From a virus (lineage: Duplodnaviria > Caudoviricetes), in IMG/VR virus record IMGVR_UViG_3300044266_000210, positions 67,513 to 131,512 of that record: DNA of 64,000 bases, one strand, 5' to 3'. The position numbers and the translations under genes are program-made. Under the pieces are notes generated by a model. That model was not told where the DNA came from and searched no databases. It saw only the letters and a list, made by a program, of their open reading frames with translations. This document shows, in pieces, positions 1-9,657 of this stretch (position 1 is its first letter; the number at the start of each line of letters is the position of its first letter).

Positions 1-57
1 GTATGTTAGGATTTACACTGCTGATACTGGCCAGTAAGCTCTGATTATGCTCTATGC

Positions 58-459
58 TCATTTAGGTTTATCTCCTATAATTTTCTGCATACTTTCAGCA
101 GATGTTTCTACACTTTGAAATTTTATTTTACAAAATGCAGGACTAACTTTATCTGATTTAGTGTATTGATCTTTTAGTCCCTGTGCTATTTTATCTAAGT
201 CCACGCTGGCCGCAATAACTTTATCGTTGCGAGGCAGGTATTGGACAAATTGCTTAAATGTTAGTGTCTTATTTGCCAGCGTTTCTGCTTGCAGTTTAGC
301 CTGTGCCGGGCTGTCACAACTGCCTTTACTTAGATAGGCGGTTGTTCTAATGTCTGCAATCTGCTGATATTCGTTTGGATCATACTTCATTAAAAATGCA
401 TCAACTGCGGCACACCCTGATAGTAATATTAAAACTGCGGTGGTGGCAACTAATTTCAT
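58..459 (-). CDS. Lipoprotein of unknown function at end of lysis cassette
   Basis: Hydrophobic signal with lipobox LSGC. Confidence 0.7.
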   Translation of the reverse strand: MKLVATTAVLILLSGCAAVDAFLMKYDPNEYQQIADIRTTAYLSKGSCDSPAQAKLQAETLANKTLTFKQFVQYLPRNDKVIAASVDLDKIAQGLKDQYTKSDKVSPAFCKIKFQSVETSAESMQKIIGDKPK

Positions 460-461
460 TT

Positions 462-731
462 TTATCTCCTGGCAAATTCTCGAGCTCTTTGTTCTGCAGC
501 CATAGCTTCCACTGCTAATTGTTCTGCAACTTCTCGAGCTTTCTGTGCGGCTTCTACTGCGGCTTCATGTTGCCTTTGTGTAGCTTCGGCGGCACGATTT
601 CTTGCATCTTCCAATGCCCTTTCTGCCTTGTCAATATCTTCAACAGCATGGTCCGCATACTTTTTTGCGTCCATAAAAAGACGCATGAGTTTTTTGGCAG
701 CAGCCTGTTCAATTTTTCTTAATAATCCCAT
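462..731 (-). CDS. Ala/Glu-rich coiled-coil hypothetical protein
   Basis: ORF tightly packed in operon; heptad-like composition. Confidence 0.6.
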   Translation of the reverse strand: MGLLRKIEQAAAKKLMRLFMDAKKYADHAVEDIDKAERALEDARNRAAEATQRQHEAAVEAAQKAREVAEQLAVEAMAAEQRAREFARR

Positions 732-733
732 GA

Positions 734-1003
734 TTACTTTCCGTTGTAAATTTCTTTCTGACCTTTATACCAAGTGATCCAATCATCTACCTTGGATTTA
801 CAATCATAATATGTAGCATAGTTATCGGCAACAACTTCTACGATTTCACTTAGCTTGGTTACATTAGGATCTACTTGTTTAAGATCGGGACAGGCCTCTA
901 ATAATTCTTTAGGAACATCAGGCCACACTTGTTTAACTGGTACAGGATCTTTGAATAAGCAACCTGCTAGGAATAAGGGAGCAAGCAATAATAGGTATTT
1001 CAT
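734..1003 (-). CDS. Putative o-spanin (Rz1-like lipoprotein)
   Basis: Lipobox LAGC, Pro-rich N-terminus, two further Cys; overlaps i-spanin candidate. Confidence 0.7.
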   Translation of the reverse strand: MKYLLLLAPLFLAGCLFKDPVPVKQVWPDVPKELLEACPDLKQVDPNVTKLSEIVEVVADNYATYYDCKSKVDDWITWYKGQKEIYNGK

Positions 1004-1455
1004 TTTGCTTTCTCCGGATTTCGAGCTGCCTTGTTTAGCAGTTCTGGGACCTTTGGGTCAATTTCACACTTAGCATCGATTAATTTTTCTACTTCTTTAA
1101 TCTCTGTCTTAACGGTAGCGTAATATTCAACTCGAACTTTTTGCTTTTTCTTACGCTCAACATCTAGGTCTTTATTAAGCTGTAGAGCCATTGCGGCCTT
1201 ACGATCGGCTTCTTCTTGTGCTAGTCGAACTTTTTCTTCCCACATGGCTTGCACACCTGCACCGCCGTACATGAATACACAAACAAGTGTTACAATTCCT
1301 GAAACAGGTTTAATTAATTTGGCATAGATACCTAATGAAGGTACATGGCTAAGTATGCCAGAAAGTAAAAATATAACTAATGCGGCTACACCGCTGGCTA
1401 ACCAAGCCCAGGATGGAATGCTACTTAGAAATAATTCTAGTAACCATGTTAGCAT
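1000..1455 (-). CDS. Putative i-spanin (Rz-like)
   Basis: N-terminal TM helices, coiled coil, C-terminal Cys; directly after endolysin. Confidence 0.65.
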   Translation of the reverse strand: MLTWLLELFLSSIPSWAWLASGVAALVIFLLSGILSHVPSLGIYAKLIKPVSGIVTLVCVFMYGGAGVQAMWEEKVRLAQEEADRKAAMALQLNKDLDVERKKKQKVRVEYYATVKTEIKEVEKLIDAKCEIDPKVPELLNKAARNPEKAK

Positions 1456-2085
1456 TTAGCCCCCTAAAACCTGTATAGCGTGGTTATAGTGTTTAATGCG
1501 ATCATCCAGGCCTAGTGTACCGCCATTAATCTTTTTAGTCATTGTTACCATGTCGCCCTTGTCTGCCAGAGCATTTAGGTTAGTTGATTCCCAGAACCAT
1601 GCGGCACTTTGTACACAACCTTCAAATGTTGTTAAGTGTTCGCTAGCTTCGTCTAGGCTAATTTCTAAACTTTGTGCGTATCGTGTGTAGTTGTCTTTAC
1701 CAGTTAACTGAATTAGTCCACGACCGCAAAACTTCCAACCGTCACCGCTTTCTTCGGGACCATTACCCATACGGTTTGCATACGCACGATTGGCAATACG
1801 CTCTTGATTATGAGCATATTGATTGGCAATATCTAGATTAGGAAAATACTTAGGCCATACACGCATTAGACTTGCAGCCTGATAATTTAAATTTTCCTTG
1901 ATTGCACGATACCCGCCGGATTCGTGCGCTGTTTGTGCTAAGAATGCCGCAACACGTGGTACAGTATTAATATCATAGTCTGGTAGAATTTCACATAATG
2001 CTTCAAACCAATGTTCAGCATACGGAGGATTTCCTACACACACTTTAAATTTATCTAATGTAAAATCAAAATCAAAATTAGCCAT
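1456..2085 (-). CDS. Glycoside hydrolase family 19 endolysin
   Basis: AFLAQTAHESGG, GRGLIQLTGKDNY, SAAWFW, TKKINGG motifs. Confidence 0.9.
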   Translation of the reverse strand: MANFDFDFTLDKFKVCVGNPPYAEHWFEALCEILPDYDINTVPRVAAFLAQTAHESGGYRAIKENLNYQAASLMRVWPKYFPNLDIANQYAHNQERIANRAYANRMGNGPEESGDGWKFCGRGLIQLTGKDNYTRYAQSLEISLDEASEHLTTFEGCVQSAAWFWESTNLNALADKGDMVTMTKKINGGTLGLDDRIKHYNHAIQVLGG

Positions 2086-2094
2086 TGTTTACCT

Positions 2095-2841
2095 TTATAA
2101 TTTAATTACTACTGCTTTATTTTTATTACGAATTAAAAACTTATCACCAATTTTATTAATTTCGTAATTACCTAAATACTTTTCTAAAAAGACAGTCTGA
2201 CCCTGGCTTGCTTCATCTAAACTTAGTGCCCCGGGTACTGTATCTTTAACAAGATCGTATTCGCCAATAGAAATAAATTTTGCCTTAACATCACCACTGT
2301 AGGGCTTGCTAAATGTTAGGTTATTATTTTCATCGAGCTCAACCTCTGCGCTACCTTGATCAAAGAATTCTTTAACATCAGTAGATTTAAATTCCATTAC
2401 TTTTTGTTCATACTCGCCAGGGGTTAACGGAACATGTTCTCGTATCATATCCTTTGTGTATTCAACACTTTTAGGGCTTTTTTGATAACGGAATCTCCAC
2501 TCTCGAATATCAGTTAATTGGCTTACACCGCGAAGCAAATCTTCAAGTTGTCCTGGCAAATTTTCAGTTCTTTCAATTTCAACGAATACTTGATATCGAC
2601 CATCATGTTCTTCTCCTGAGCTCATATCAGCGTCTAGAATAAACTGATATCCTCGTTCTAAGAACTCCATTAGATCAGCCGCAGGATTTTTTTCTGTAAC
2701 TGAAAATCCAAGCACTACTACATCTTTATCCTCGCCCATTTTACTACGATATTGATCGACTGTAAAAAGTTCATCAACAAGGTCTTTGAGATCTTGTGAT
2801 CTTAGACCTTCGTTAAGCTGCTGGGGTTTCTGATTCTGCAT
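2095..2841 (-). CDS. Hypothetical phage protein
   Basis: 248-aa ORF in operon. Confidence 0.7.
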   Translation of the reverse strand: MQNQKPQQLNEGLRSQDLKDLVDELFTVDQYRSKMGEDKDVVVLGFSVTEKNPAADLMEFLERGYQFILDADMSSGEEHDGRYQVFVEIERTENLPGQLEDLLRGVSQLTDIREWRFRYQKSPKSVEYTKDMIREHVPLTPGEYEQKVMEFKSTDVKEFFDQGSAEVELDENNNLTFSKPYSGDVKAKFISIGEYDLVKDTVPGALSLDEASQGQTVFLEKYLGNYEINKIGDKFLIRNKNKAVVIKL

Positions 2842-3352
2842 TTTCTGGACTCTCCTGTGCTACTTCACTTGCCTCGGCTGTAGCACTAGCATCGGTACGA
2901 TACTTCATAAATTCTGCCATCTTGTTATGTTCTTGATTTTCTTTACCAATATACACATCCTGCATTAGTTTTTTAGGCATAGTAATTTCTACGACCCAAA
3001 CAGGATGTGCATCAATTTTACCTTTCTTAGTTCCTGGTCTAAAGTCTCCTGGACTTTTAATTTTTCTAGGAATAAGAATATGTGTCTTTTTATAAACAAC
3101 CTTGCACCCGTAATCATTTAATCGTTGTCCACCTTCGGGGTCTGGCATTTCATCTGCAGACCACATAAATGCACAAGTTACACTATATCTACTAACCTCA
3201 GGGCCGGACAATAATTCACCTTCTTCCCAATTTTTAAATACATAGATATCAAGTTCGTCGATTACTCTTTCAAAGTCTTTTAGTACTTTAAACGCATCGT
3301 TATTCTCGCTAAGAGTTTGTACATTTTTAATTACATCAATAATGTCGTGCAT
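2813..3352 (-). CDS. Hypothetical phage protein
   Basis: 179-aa ORF, TATAAATA motif upstream. Confidence 0.7.
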   Translation of the reverse strand: MHDIIDVIKNVQTLSENNDAFKVLKDFERVIDELDIYVFKNWEEGELLSGPEVSRYSVTCAFMWSADEMPDPEGGQRLNDYGCKVVYKKTHILIPRKIKSPGDFRPGTKKGKIDAHPVWVVEITMPKKLMQDVYIGKENQEHNKMAEFMKYRTDASATAEASEVAQESPENAESETPAA

Positions 3353-3480
3353 GAGGGCTCTCTTTATTGTTTTATTTATACCAAATGCTTGCAGACAAAA
3401 AATAGGCCATTAGAGCAATTTTTTTTGTCAAGAGTGTAAATATCTATGCAGGTCGAGTCGATATTACCAAGGAGGTAAAA

Positions 3481-4239
3481 TTGCCTAGAACTAAACGACG
3501 TAACATAAAAGAGCAGGTTCATCATGATCCACGCTCTTTGCAACAGGTGGATAACTTGATCGCTATCAAGCCCTATCTAAAAAGAAAGCAACAGGTCTTA
3601 ATCGTACCACGCAATGTGGCGCAAGAACATTATCTAGAACTGTTAAAAAATCCCCGCAAATTTATTACTTTTGCCATAGGCCCGGCAGGAACGGGTAAGA
3701 CAATGTTAGCTGTACAGATGGCTATTAAATTGTTTAAAGAAGGTGCGATAAGTAAGATTATTGTTACAAGACCTGCCGTAAGTGTAGATGAAGAACATGG
3801 ATTTCTGCCGGGAACACTGAATCAAAAAATGGAGCCGTGGACACGCCCTATATTTGATGTGTTTGAAGAGTACTATCACCCGAGAGAAATTGCAGATATG
3901 TTAGAAGATGGTGTAATTGAAATATCACCACTTGCATACATGCGAGGAAGGACTTTTAAAAATGCTTTCATCATTGCGGACGAGATGCAGAATGCAACTC
4001 CGTCGCAAATGAAAATGTTACTGACCCGTCTAGGAGAAAATTCTAGAATGGTAGTAACAGGTGACTTGAACCAGGCTGATCGGCCACGGGAAAACGGTCT
4101 GCTAGAATTTTGCACATTATACGGCCAAGGAGGTGATTATCGTATGATTGCTATGGCAAGGTTTGAGTCTAGGGATGTTGAACGCCATCCTGTGGTAAAA
4201 GAAGTTTTGAGTATCTATAAGGAGATGAGTATCGAGTAA
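3481..4239 (+). CDS. phoH: PhoH-like ATPase
   Basis: GPAGTGKT Walker A, LAYMRGRT, DEMQN, GDLNQAD; SD AAGGAGG before TTG. Confidence 0.95.
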   Translation: MPRTKRRNIKEQVHHDPRSLQQVDNLIAIKPYLKRKQQVLIVPRNVAQEHYLELLKNPRKFITFAIGPAGTGKTMLAVQMAIKLFKEGAISKIIVTRPAVSVDEEHGFLPGTLNQKMEPWTRPIFDVFEEYYHPREIADMLEDGVIEISPLAYMRGRTFKNAFIIADEMQNATPSQMKMLLTRLGENSRMVVTGDLNQADRPRENGLLEFCTLYGQGGDYRMIAMARFESRDVERHPVVKEVLSIYKEMSIE

Positions 4240-4260
4240 GGCCTTTTCAAAACCCAAGAG

Positions 4261-4305
4261 AAAACCGCATAGCCCTCGACCTGCAAAACAGCTATGCGGT
4301 TTTTT
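4261..4305. terminator. Bidirectional intrinsic terminator between convergent phoH and clamp loader
   Basis: 13-bp inverted repeat AAAACCGCATAGC / GCTATGCGGTTTT with A/T tails. Confidence 0.7.
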
Positions 4306-5225
4306 TATTGTAGGCGTGCTAGTTTGATTAGCGTAGCACTGAGATTAATTTCATGATCAGCACATAGTGAGTTATCAACTAAACCTTGTTTAAGAATAAG
4401 AATGGCACTGTCTTTCTTTTCTTCAGTATCGCCGAATAAATCTAAATTGTCATAGCACCATCTAAAAATACTTTCCATATCTTCTGCTGGCGCACGAGCA
4501 CATAGTAATTGTCGAGCTTCTTTGATTTTGCCTTTCTTAAAAAGCTCTACCATTTCTACTTTATAATCGCTTACTCCTGCGTCTTCATCTCTGGGATTTA
4601 GTAATTTTCCATCGACACTATTTGTTTGTAATAGTTTGATACAACTACGCAGATCAGGATAGGTAACCTTAACATAAGTGTCTAGTATATCGAGATCAAA
4701 GTCTATTCCTTCGTTAACTAAAATTGTAGCTGCTCTTGCGGTAAATTCAGTTTGATCGGTGCTGGTAAAATGCATTGGGTTACAACGACTCTTAATTGGT
4801 TGTTGCACACGATTAGGATTGTTACATGTTAGGATAAATCTAGCATGACTGCTGTATTCTTCGATGATACCTTTTAAACTATCCTGCGCCTGCTGACTTA
4901 GTCGATCTGCCTCGTCAAGAATAACAACTTTAAACGGACCAAACGGAATCATTGAGATAAATGGCACAATTTTATCACGGATAAAATCGATACCTGTTTC
5001 TCGGCTAGCGTTAACTTCTAACACATCATAATCCTCAATGTGAAGTTCATTTAACAAAACTTTTGCTAAAGTAGTTTTTCCAATGCCCGGGCTACCGCTC
5101 ATTAACAAGTGCGGAATACTTCCTTCTTTAATCCATGCCTGAATTTGACGACGATGTGCGTCATCTTTGAATACATAATCTTTAATCGTCTTAGGACGAT
5201 ATTTTTCAGTCCATAATTCTTTCAA
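4305..5225 (-). CDS. Clamp loader subunit (RFC small subunit / T4 gp44-like)
   Basis: WTEKYRP, GSPGIGKTT, DEAD, SRC motifs. Confidence 0.92.
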   Translation of the reverse strand: MKELWTEKYRPKTIKDYVFKDDAHRRQIQAWIKEGSIPHLLMSGSPGIGKTTLAKVLLNELHIEDYDVLEVNASRETGIDFIRDKIVPFISMIPFGPFKVVILDEADRLSQQAQDSLKGIIEEYSSHARFILTCNNPNRVQQPIKSRCNPMHFTSTDQTEFTARAATILVNEGIDFDLDILDTYVKVTYPDLRSCIKLLQTNSVDGKLLNPRDEDAGVSDYKVEMVELFKKGKIKEARQLLCARAPAEDMESIFRWCYDNLDLFGDTEEKKDSAILILKQGLVDNSLCADHEINLSATLIKLARLQ

Positions 5226-5476
5226 AATATTTCCTCTGCGATACCAAGCACTTCTGCTAGAATAAGAAAAACACCGGCGCCAATCAAATCACCCTGGATA
5301 AGTCTAAAACCAGCCGCAAAACGCATGCCACTCTTAACAATGCTAATCCTAAAATGCCATTTGCTGGTGTCCTTGGGTTGAATATTAATCATAGGAGGAT
5401 GATGTGGACAGCGGCCTTGATTATAGTCGCAGTCTGGACTGTATTCTTTGCCGCACGTTGAACATTTTTGATTCAT
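5222..5476 (-). CDS. Small membrane protein with N-terminal Cys cluster
   Basis: CxxC..C..C then hydrophobic C-terminus; overlaps neighbours. Confidence 0.6.
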   Translation of the reverse strand: MNQKCSTCGKEYSPDCDYNQGRCPHHPPMINIQPKDTSKWHFRISIVKSGMRFAAGFRLIQGDLIGAGVFLILAEVLGIAEEIF

Positions 5477-5856
5477 TATCGCAATGCTTCCTGGGTGATA
5501 ATTTTATCAATTTCTCGACCAAAGTCTTGGTCATTAGTAATAACATAAAGACCATTTGAATGACGATCTGTCTTACGCTCGTATCGACGAGTTTCAACAA
5601 CTCGACCGCCGTTAGCTGTATAAACTGTAAAATGAATTGCTCTCTCAGGCTGATCAATGGTTGACTCACTTCTACCAATTCTAAGTGATTTGGTAGAAAC
5701 GATATCCTGACTACCAACGAGATTTACTGCTTGCCCTCGTTCTGCATCAACTGCCTCTTTAACGGATTTAAGCATCCATCTTTTAAAAAACCCAATTTTC
5801 TTTTTTGGAACCGACATTTGTTTTTGGTCCGACTCTACTGCGTATCCTGTTTCCAT
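5476..5856 (-). CDS. Hypothetical protein
   Basis: ORF coupled to neighbours. Confidence 0.65.
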   Translation of the reverse strand: METGYAVESDQKQMSVPKKKIGFFKRWMLKSVKEAVDAERGQAVNLVGSQDIVSTKSLRIGRSESTIDQPERAIHFTVYTANGGRVVETRRYERKTDRHSNGLYVITNDQDFGREIDKIITQEALR

Positions 5857-6317
5857 TATTTGTTCCTTTCTGCTTCTGCTACACGTTTACGAAGACTCGA
5901 AGAACTGAAACTATGATCTCGTCCGTTGTAGACAATTTCAATTCCTCGCTTTTCACAAATATTTCTACCTGTAAAATCTTTATCTTTGTATTCTACACCT
6001 AATATTCTAACATCAATAGGCAGCGTGAGCAAGATGTCTTCGAGATCTTTTTCTGTTTGGTAAACAACTATTTCGTCCACAAATCTACAGGCACTGAGAG
6101 TAATCTGTCTTTCTACGATGCTTTGGATGGGTTTGTTTTTTGTTTCTGGACGATCAATAGTAGGATCTGTTTGCAGTCCACAGATTAGATAATCGCAGTG
6201 ATTTTTAACTTCGGCTAACATAGCAACATGACCTGCGTGGAGCAGGTCAAATGTACTAAATGTTATTCCAATTTTTAGGCCTTTGGCCTTAAGTTCTTTA
6301 ACTTTGTTGAATATCAT
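5856..6317 (-). CDS. Cytidylyltransferase (TagD/RfaE-like)
   Basis: TFDLLHAGH (HxGH) and SSSSLR motifs. Confidence 0.88.
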   Translation of the reverse strand: MIFNKVKELKAKGLKIGITFSTFDLLHAGHVAMLAEVKNHCDYLICGLQTDPTIDRPETKNKPIQSIVERQITLSACRFVDEIVVYQTEKDLEDILLTLPIDVRILGVEYKDKDFTGRNICEKRGIEIVYNGRDHSFSSSSLRKRVAEAERNK

Positions 6318-6465
6318 TTTTATTTTTACAAAGGATATTGATCATTCGTGTTCGCCATAACATGGCATCTTCTTCATAATCAAATTCTGGGCTGAGTGCG
6401 GTATCGTGATCGTTGTCTTCAACCCATACCCACACCTCGGCAAATTCGTCGTGAATTAATTTCAT
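6298..6465 (-). CDS. Small hypothetical protein (55 aa, MKLIHDEF...)
   Basis: Manually translated; fills the gap between neighbours. Confidence 0.5.
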   Translation of the reverse strand: MKLIHDEFAEVWVWVEDNDHDTALSPEFDYEEDAMLWRTRMINILCKNKNDIQQS

Positions 6466-6701
6466 TTTTCAGAAAGTATGTTAATTACTTTTTTCTTGTC
6501 ATGCTCTCGAAGCCAGTCGTCCTCGCCTACAAATGTAGGGCATCTTTTTAGAGCATCTTCTAAAATCCATTTTATTCTGTAAAGATCTTGTTTAGTATAA
6601 AATCCTGTGAATCCATCATTGTAAGGACTCATACATTCGTAGGCAGCAGAGTTGATTTGTTGTGCGATGTTAGCAACATCCCAGGATTTTTTAAAGCCCA
6701 T
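6462..6701 (-). CDS. Hypothetical protein
   Basis: ORF in operon. Confidence 0.6.
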   Translation of the reverse strand: MGFKKSWDVANIAQQINSAAYECMSPYNDGFTGFYTKQDLYRIKWILEDALKRCPTFVGEDDWLREHDKKKVINILSEK

Positions 6702-6703
6702 GA

Positions 6704-7045
6704 TCAGCCCAACGAACGATAGTAATCAACAGCAGGTGCTTCGTCTGAGGCTAGCATAATTGCAGATGATTCCACCATCCTAACTTCTAGAATAGAACCA
6801 TCTTCTTGTTCGACTTCAACAGTTCGAGTCCATCGTCCGTGTTCTATAAGGATCCATTGACCAACTTCAACATCTTCCTGTTCTGGACCAATTGCCCATA
6901 CCTTGCCCCATCGTGGAGTAATGCCTTCTGGTTTACCGTTAGCACTGGGAATAAAAATTCCTCCCGAAGTTTGCTGTTCTCCAAATTCCATGTCGCTGAC
7001 AAATACCTTGTCGTGTAACGGTTTAATAGTTCCTTTTACTTTCAT
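6704..7045 (-). CDS. groES: GroES-like co-chaperonin
   Basis: IKPLHDKV, TSGGIFIP mobile loop, G.VWAIGP. Confidence 0.85.
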   Translation of the reverse strand: MKVKGTIKPLHDKVFVSDMEFGEQQTSGGIFIPSANGKPEGITPRWGKVWAIGPEQEDVEVGQWILIEHGRWTRTVEVEQEDGSILEVRMVESSAIMLASDEAPAVDYYRSLG

Positions 7046-7336
7046 TTATTCCTCTGATTGAGCTTTCTTTGTTTTAGGGGCAGCAGTTGCAGTCGGGACC
7101 GGTTGCGGAGTATTTGTTTCTACTACTCTAGTACCAGCAGCCTTAACTTTAGCCTTGGGATTATTTTCGTAATACTCTGCCACTACCTGCTCTCGCGTTT
7201 TTTCAATTTTACCACCGGGCCCTAACTTGTCGCCTCTAGCGTTCATTTTAGCATTTCCTACAGCAGGTGTCAACTCATGCTTCTGCATAAGTTTGTCCAT
7301 ATCAATAACTTGTCCTTGCATAGTTCTGTAAACCAT
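7046..7336 (-). CDS. Hypothetical protein
   Basis: ORF with SD. Confidence 0.65.
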   Translation of the reverse strand: MVYRTMQGQVIDMDKLMQKHELTPAVGNAKMNARGDKLGPGGKIEKTREQVVAEYYENNPKAKVKAAGTRVVETNTPQPVPTATAAPKTKKAQSEE

Positions 7337-7337
7337 T

Positions 7338-7895
7338 TTATTTCTCCTTAAGAAACTCGTGTATATCGAGTTCGTATTTAATACTATCTATTTTATGAAC
7401 ACCTAAAAGATATAGTATATAGCTGGCAACACTTGATCCTCGACCTACTCCCCACACTATATTATTGGCTTTCATTGTATCTACCAAATATTTAAGATAG
7501 TAAAGTAGGTTAAGCATATCGTGATTGATAAAAAGTATAAGCTCTTGATCTACTCTTGCTCTTTGCTCATCAGTAGTACATTTGCTATGCAAAAAATCCA
7601 CAATAGGAAATTCGTAACATTCTGTGGGCATATACCATTTGTGTTGATTTATTTCATCGAACTCGTTGACACTTATATCAGATATGTCTTGTACGGGCTC
7701 CAGTAATGGAATAGGATCTGCGTTTTTCTTCTGAGCAGAATTGTATGCATCTATGCCACTGGCAATGGTAACACCTGATAAGTTTTTGAGTTTACCTGTG
7801 TACAGTGCTTCGAACGCTTCTTCTGGGGATATTGTTACTCTACCGTAACTATCAACTTTCACTCTTCTTTCCGCCTTTGATAATTTTAGGCTCAA
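7338..7895 (-). CDS. Stand-alone fragment of DNA polymerase III alpha (DnaE-like)
   Basis: GVGRGSSVASYILYLLGVHKID...YEL..EFL signature; no PDID catalytic motif. Confidence 0.8.
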   Translation of the reverse strand: MSLKLSKAERRVKVDSYGRVTISPEEAFEALYTGKLKNLSGVTIASGIDAYNSAQKKNADPIPLLEPVQDISDISVNEFDEINQHKWYMPTECYEFPIVDFLHSKCTTDEQRARVDQELILFINHDMLNLLYYLKYLVDTMKANNIVWGVGRGSSVASYILYLLGVHKIDSIKYELDIHEFLKEK

Positions 7896-8409
7896 ATCGC
7901 GGACTTTCTTCGTTGGCTAGATCTCCCCAACTTTCTATAATACCATGTCCTGTATAAGGAGAATCCATATTCCACCAATGGTTACCAACAATTTCTAATC
8001 CGCAGGTATCTGAGTCTGATATATTATAGCATATATTATCTCCTACGGCGCTGTCAATACTGATCATGTCAATATGGAAATATTTTTCAGAAATGGAAAG
8101 AAATTTGGAGTAGAGAACATGACCTACAAACAGATCATATGGTTCGGTTGGAAAGAGTACAATATTGTTACTTGATTTAACAAATGTCTCTAATAGAGGA
8201 TTTTCTTTGTTTATAAAGATACTGTTATGTAGATATTGATCAATGAAATATCTAATTTTTTTATAACCAGTTGATATTCCACCGGGTGCTGTTTCGATGG
8301 GTAATATGCTTATGTTGAACGTATATGAGTTTGGTAAAATTCTATCTTCAGTTGCCAGGGTACATACAAAGCTAACCGGCCAAACAATTTGACTGCTTTC
8401 AATCGACAT
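7852..8409 (-). CDS. Hypothetical protein
   Basis: 185-aa ORF in operon. Confidence 0.65.
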   Translation of the reverse strand: MSIESSQIVWPVSFVCTLATEDRILPNSYTFNISILPIETAPGGISTGYKKIRYFIDQYLHNSIFINKENPLLETFVKSSNNIVLFPTEPYDLFVGHVLYSKFLSISEKYFHIDMISIDSAVGDNICYNISDSDTCGLEIVGNHWWNMDSPYTGHGIIESWGDLANEESPRFEPKIIKGGKKSES

Positions 8410-8644
8410 TTATTAAATCATCAAGCCCTTGTTCTTTTTGTTTTTCGTCTAACTTCTTCATTGCTGCTCTTTGACGGACTTGGTATTCGTATTTGTATTG
8501 TTCAAGAGTTACAACAATTTGATGTGCTAGTCCTCCTTGACCGAGTCTAAGAGCAAGACTATATTTTTGACTTAGATCTAGAATTTTCTTTTCTAAATCC
8601 AAGTCTTTAAGTTTAGTTACATCTTCAATGAGAGGATTAAACAT
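8399..8644 (-). CDS. Hypothetical protein
   Basis: ORF in operon. Confidence 0.6.
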   Translation of the reverse strand: MFNPLIEDVTKLKDLDLEKKILDLSQKYSLALRLGQGGLAHQIVVTLEQYKYEYQVRQRAAMKKLDEKQKEQGLDDLINVD

Positions 8645-9599
8645 TAGTGGAAGTTGTTAGCGCATTAACCTGTGCTTGTAATGTATCTACTTTACTGCTT
8701 AGTTCTTTAATTGCTTCAATTAGCAGACCGGTAAATTTTTCATACTTAACACTCAAGTCGCCGTTTGCTTTCATGAATACAACTCGTGGAAATACTTCTT
8801 GTACTTCTTGAGCAATAACACCAGTGTCATTTTTATTCAACAAAGGACTGAAGTTTAAGTTTTGCATATATGCATCTGACCAATCATAGTAAACACCACG
8901 AAGTTGGTTAACCATGTCAAGCGCCTGTGTAATAGTTGCTACATTTTCTTTTAGACGGGCATCCGATGGGCTACCTGCAAAAGCTGTAACATTACCTGTG
9001 ACGACAATATCGCCGTCGATATATAAATTACCCGTTGGGGTTTGGTGGGGGTTTCTGAATGTCAAAGTATCACCTACTGAAAAAGAACCTACAGGAAACG
9101 GAGAGCTTACTGTAACATAATTAGTCGCAGCATCTATGTTAGTTACGGTATATGGTTGAGAACCAATTGTTACAGTTGCACCTACTGCAATTTCCTTTAC
9201 TGAAGTTACCGCAAATACGGTAGCTGTTGTATCTGTTACTGAATCTGTTAAGGCATACGCTGCCTGTGTTGTAACGGTGTGTGTTACACCAATAAGTTGA
9301 ATACTGTTATCTTGACTTTGTGCTATAATCCCGCCAGCTCCGTTGGAAACAAGTACAACTGAACCTGTAGTTCCAACAGTTAGATCCTGCAGGGCATGAA
9401 TATGCGTAGCTGTAGAAAATTCAGTGCCTCCAAAGGTACTGATAACACCGCTGATATTATCAATTTCTCCCTGTGTAGCCAATAGACTTTGTTGAATAAT
9501 TGAAAAATTATTCCTAAATCCTTGACTATCGTTGTCCTGTCCTGCTACAGGAAATCCCGTATCAATGGTATTAATAAGATTTGTTATGGTAGATGCCAT
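8637..9599 (-). CDS. Tail fibre/spike with C-terminal intramolecular chaperone (peptidase S74)
   Basis: SDARLKENV...GVIAQEVQEVFP...LIEAIKEL. Confidence 0.85.
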   Translation of the reverse strand: MASTITNLINTIDTGFPVAGQDNDSQGFRNNFSIIQQSLLATQGEIDNISGVISTFGGTEFSTATHIHALQDLTVGTTGSVVLVSNGAGGIIAQSQDNSIQLIGVTHTVTTQAAYALTDSVTDTTATVFAVTSVKEIAVGATVTIGSQPYTVTNIDAATNYVTVSSPFPVGSFSVGDTLTFRNPHQTPTGNLYIDGDIVVTGNVTAFAGSPSDARLKENVATITQALDMVNQLRGVYYDWSDAYMQNLNFSPLLNKNDTGVIAQEVQEVFPRVVFMKANGDLSVKYEKFTGLLIEAIKELSSKVDTLQAQVNALTTSTNV

Positions 9600-9657
9600 T
9601 TAGTAAACTCCGCAAATAACTTGTATTATTTATTATCAAAATATGTAACCTATTTTT

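Noticed and set aside
3446-3478. 10-codon uORF (MQVESILPRR) overlapping the phoH SD
   Set aside because: Too short to distinguish from chance, and its TAAATA spacing (3 nt) differs from the main pattern
5421-5717. Alternative-frame ORFs overlapping well-supported genes (e.g. 5421, 13924, 20623, 22730, 31387, 35629)
   Set aside because: They overlap better-supported CDSs and have no motifs or SD
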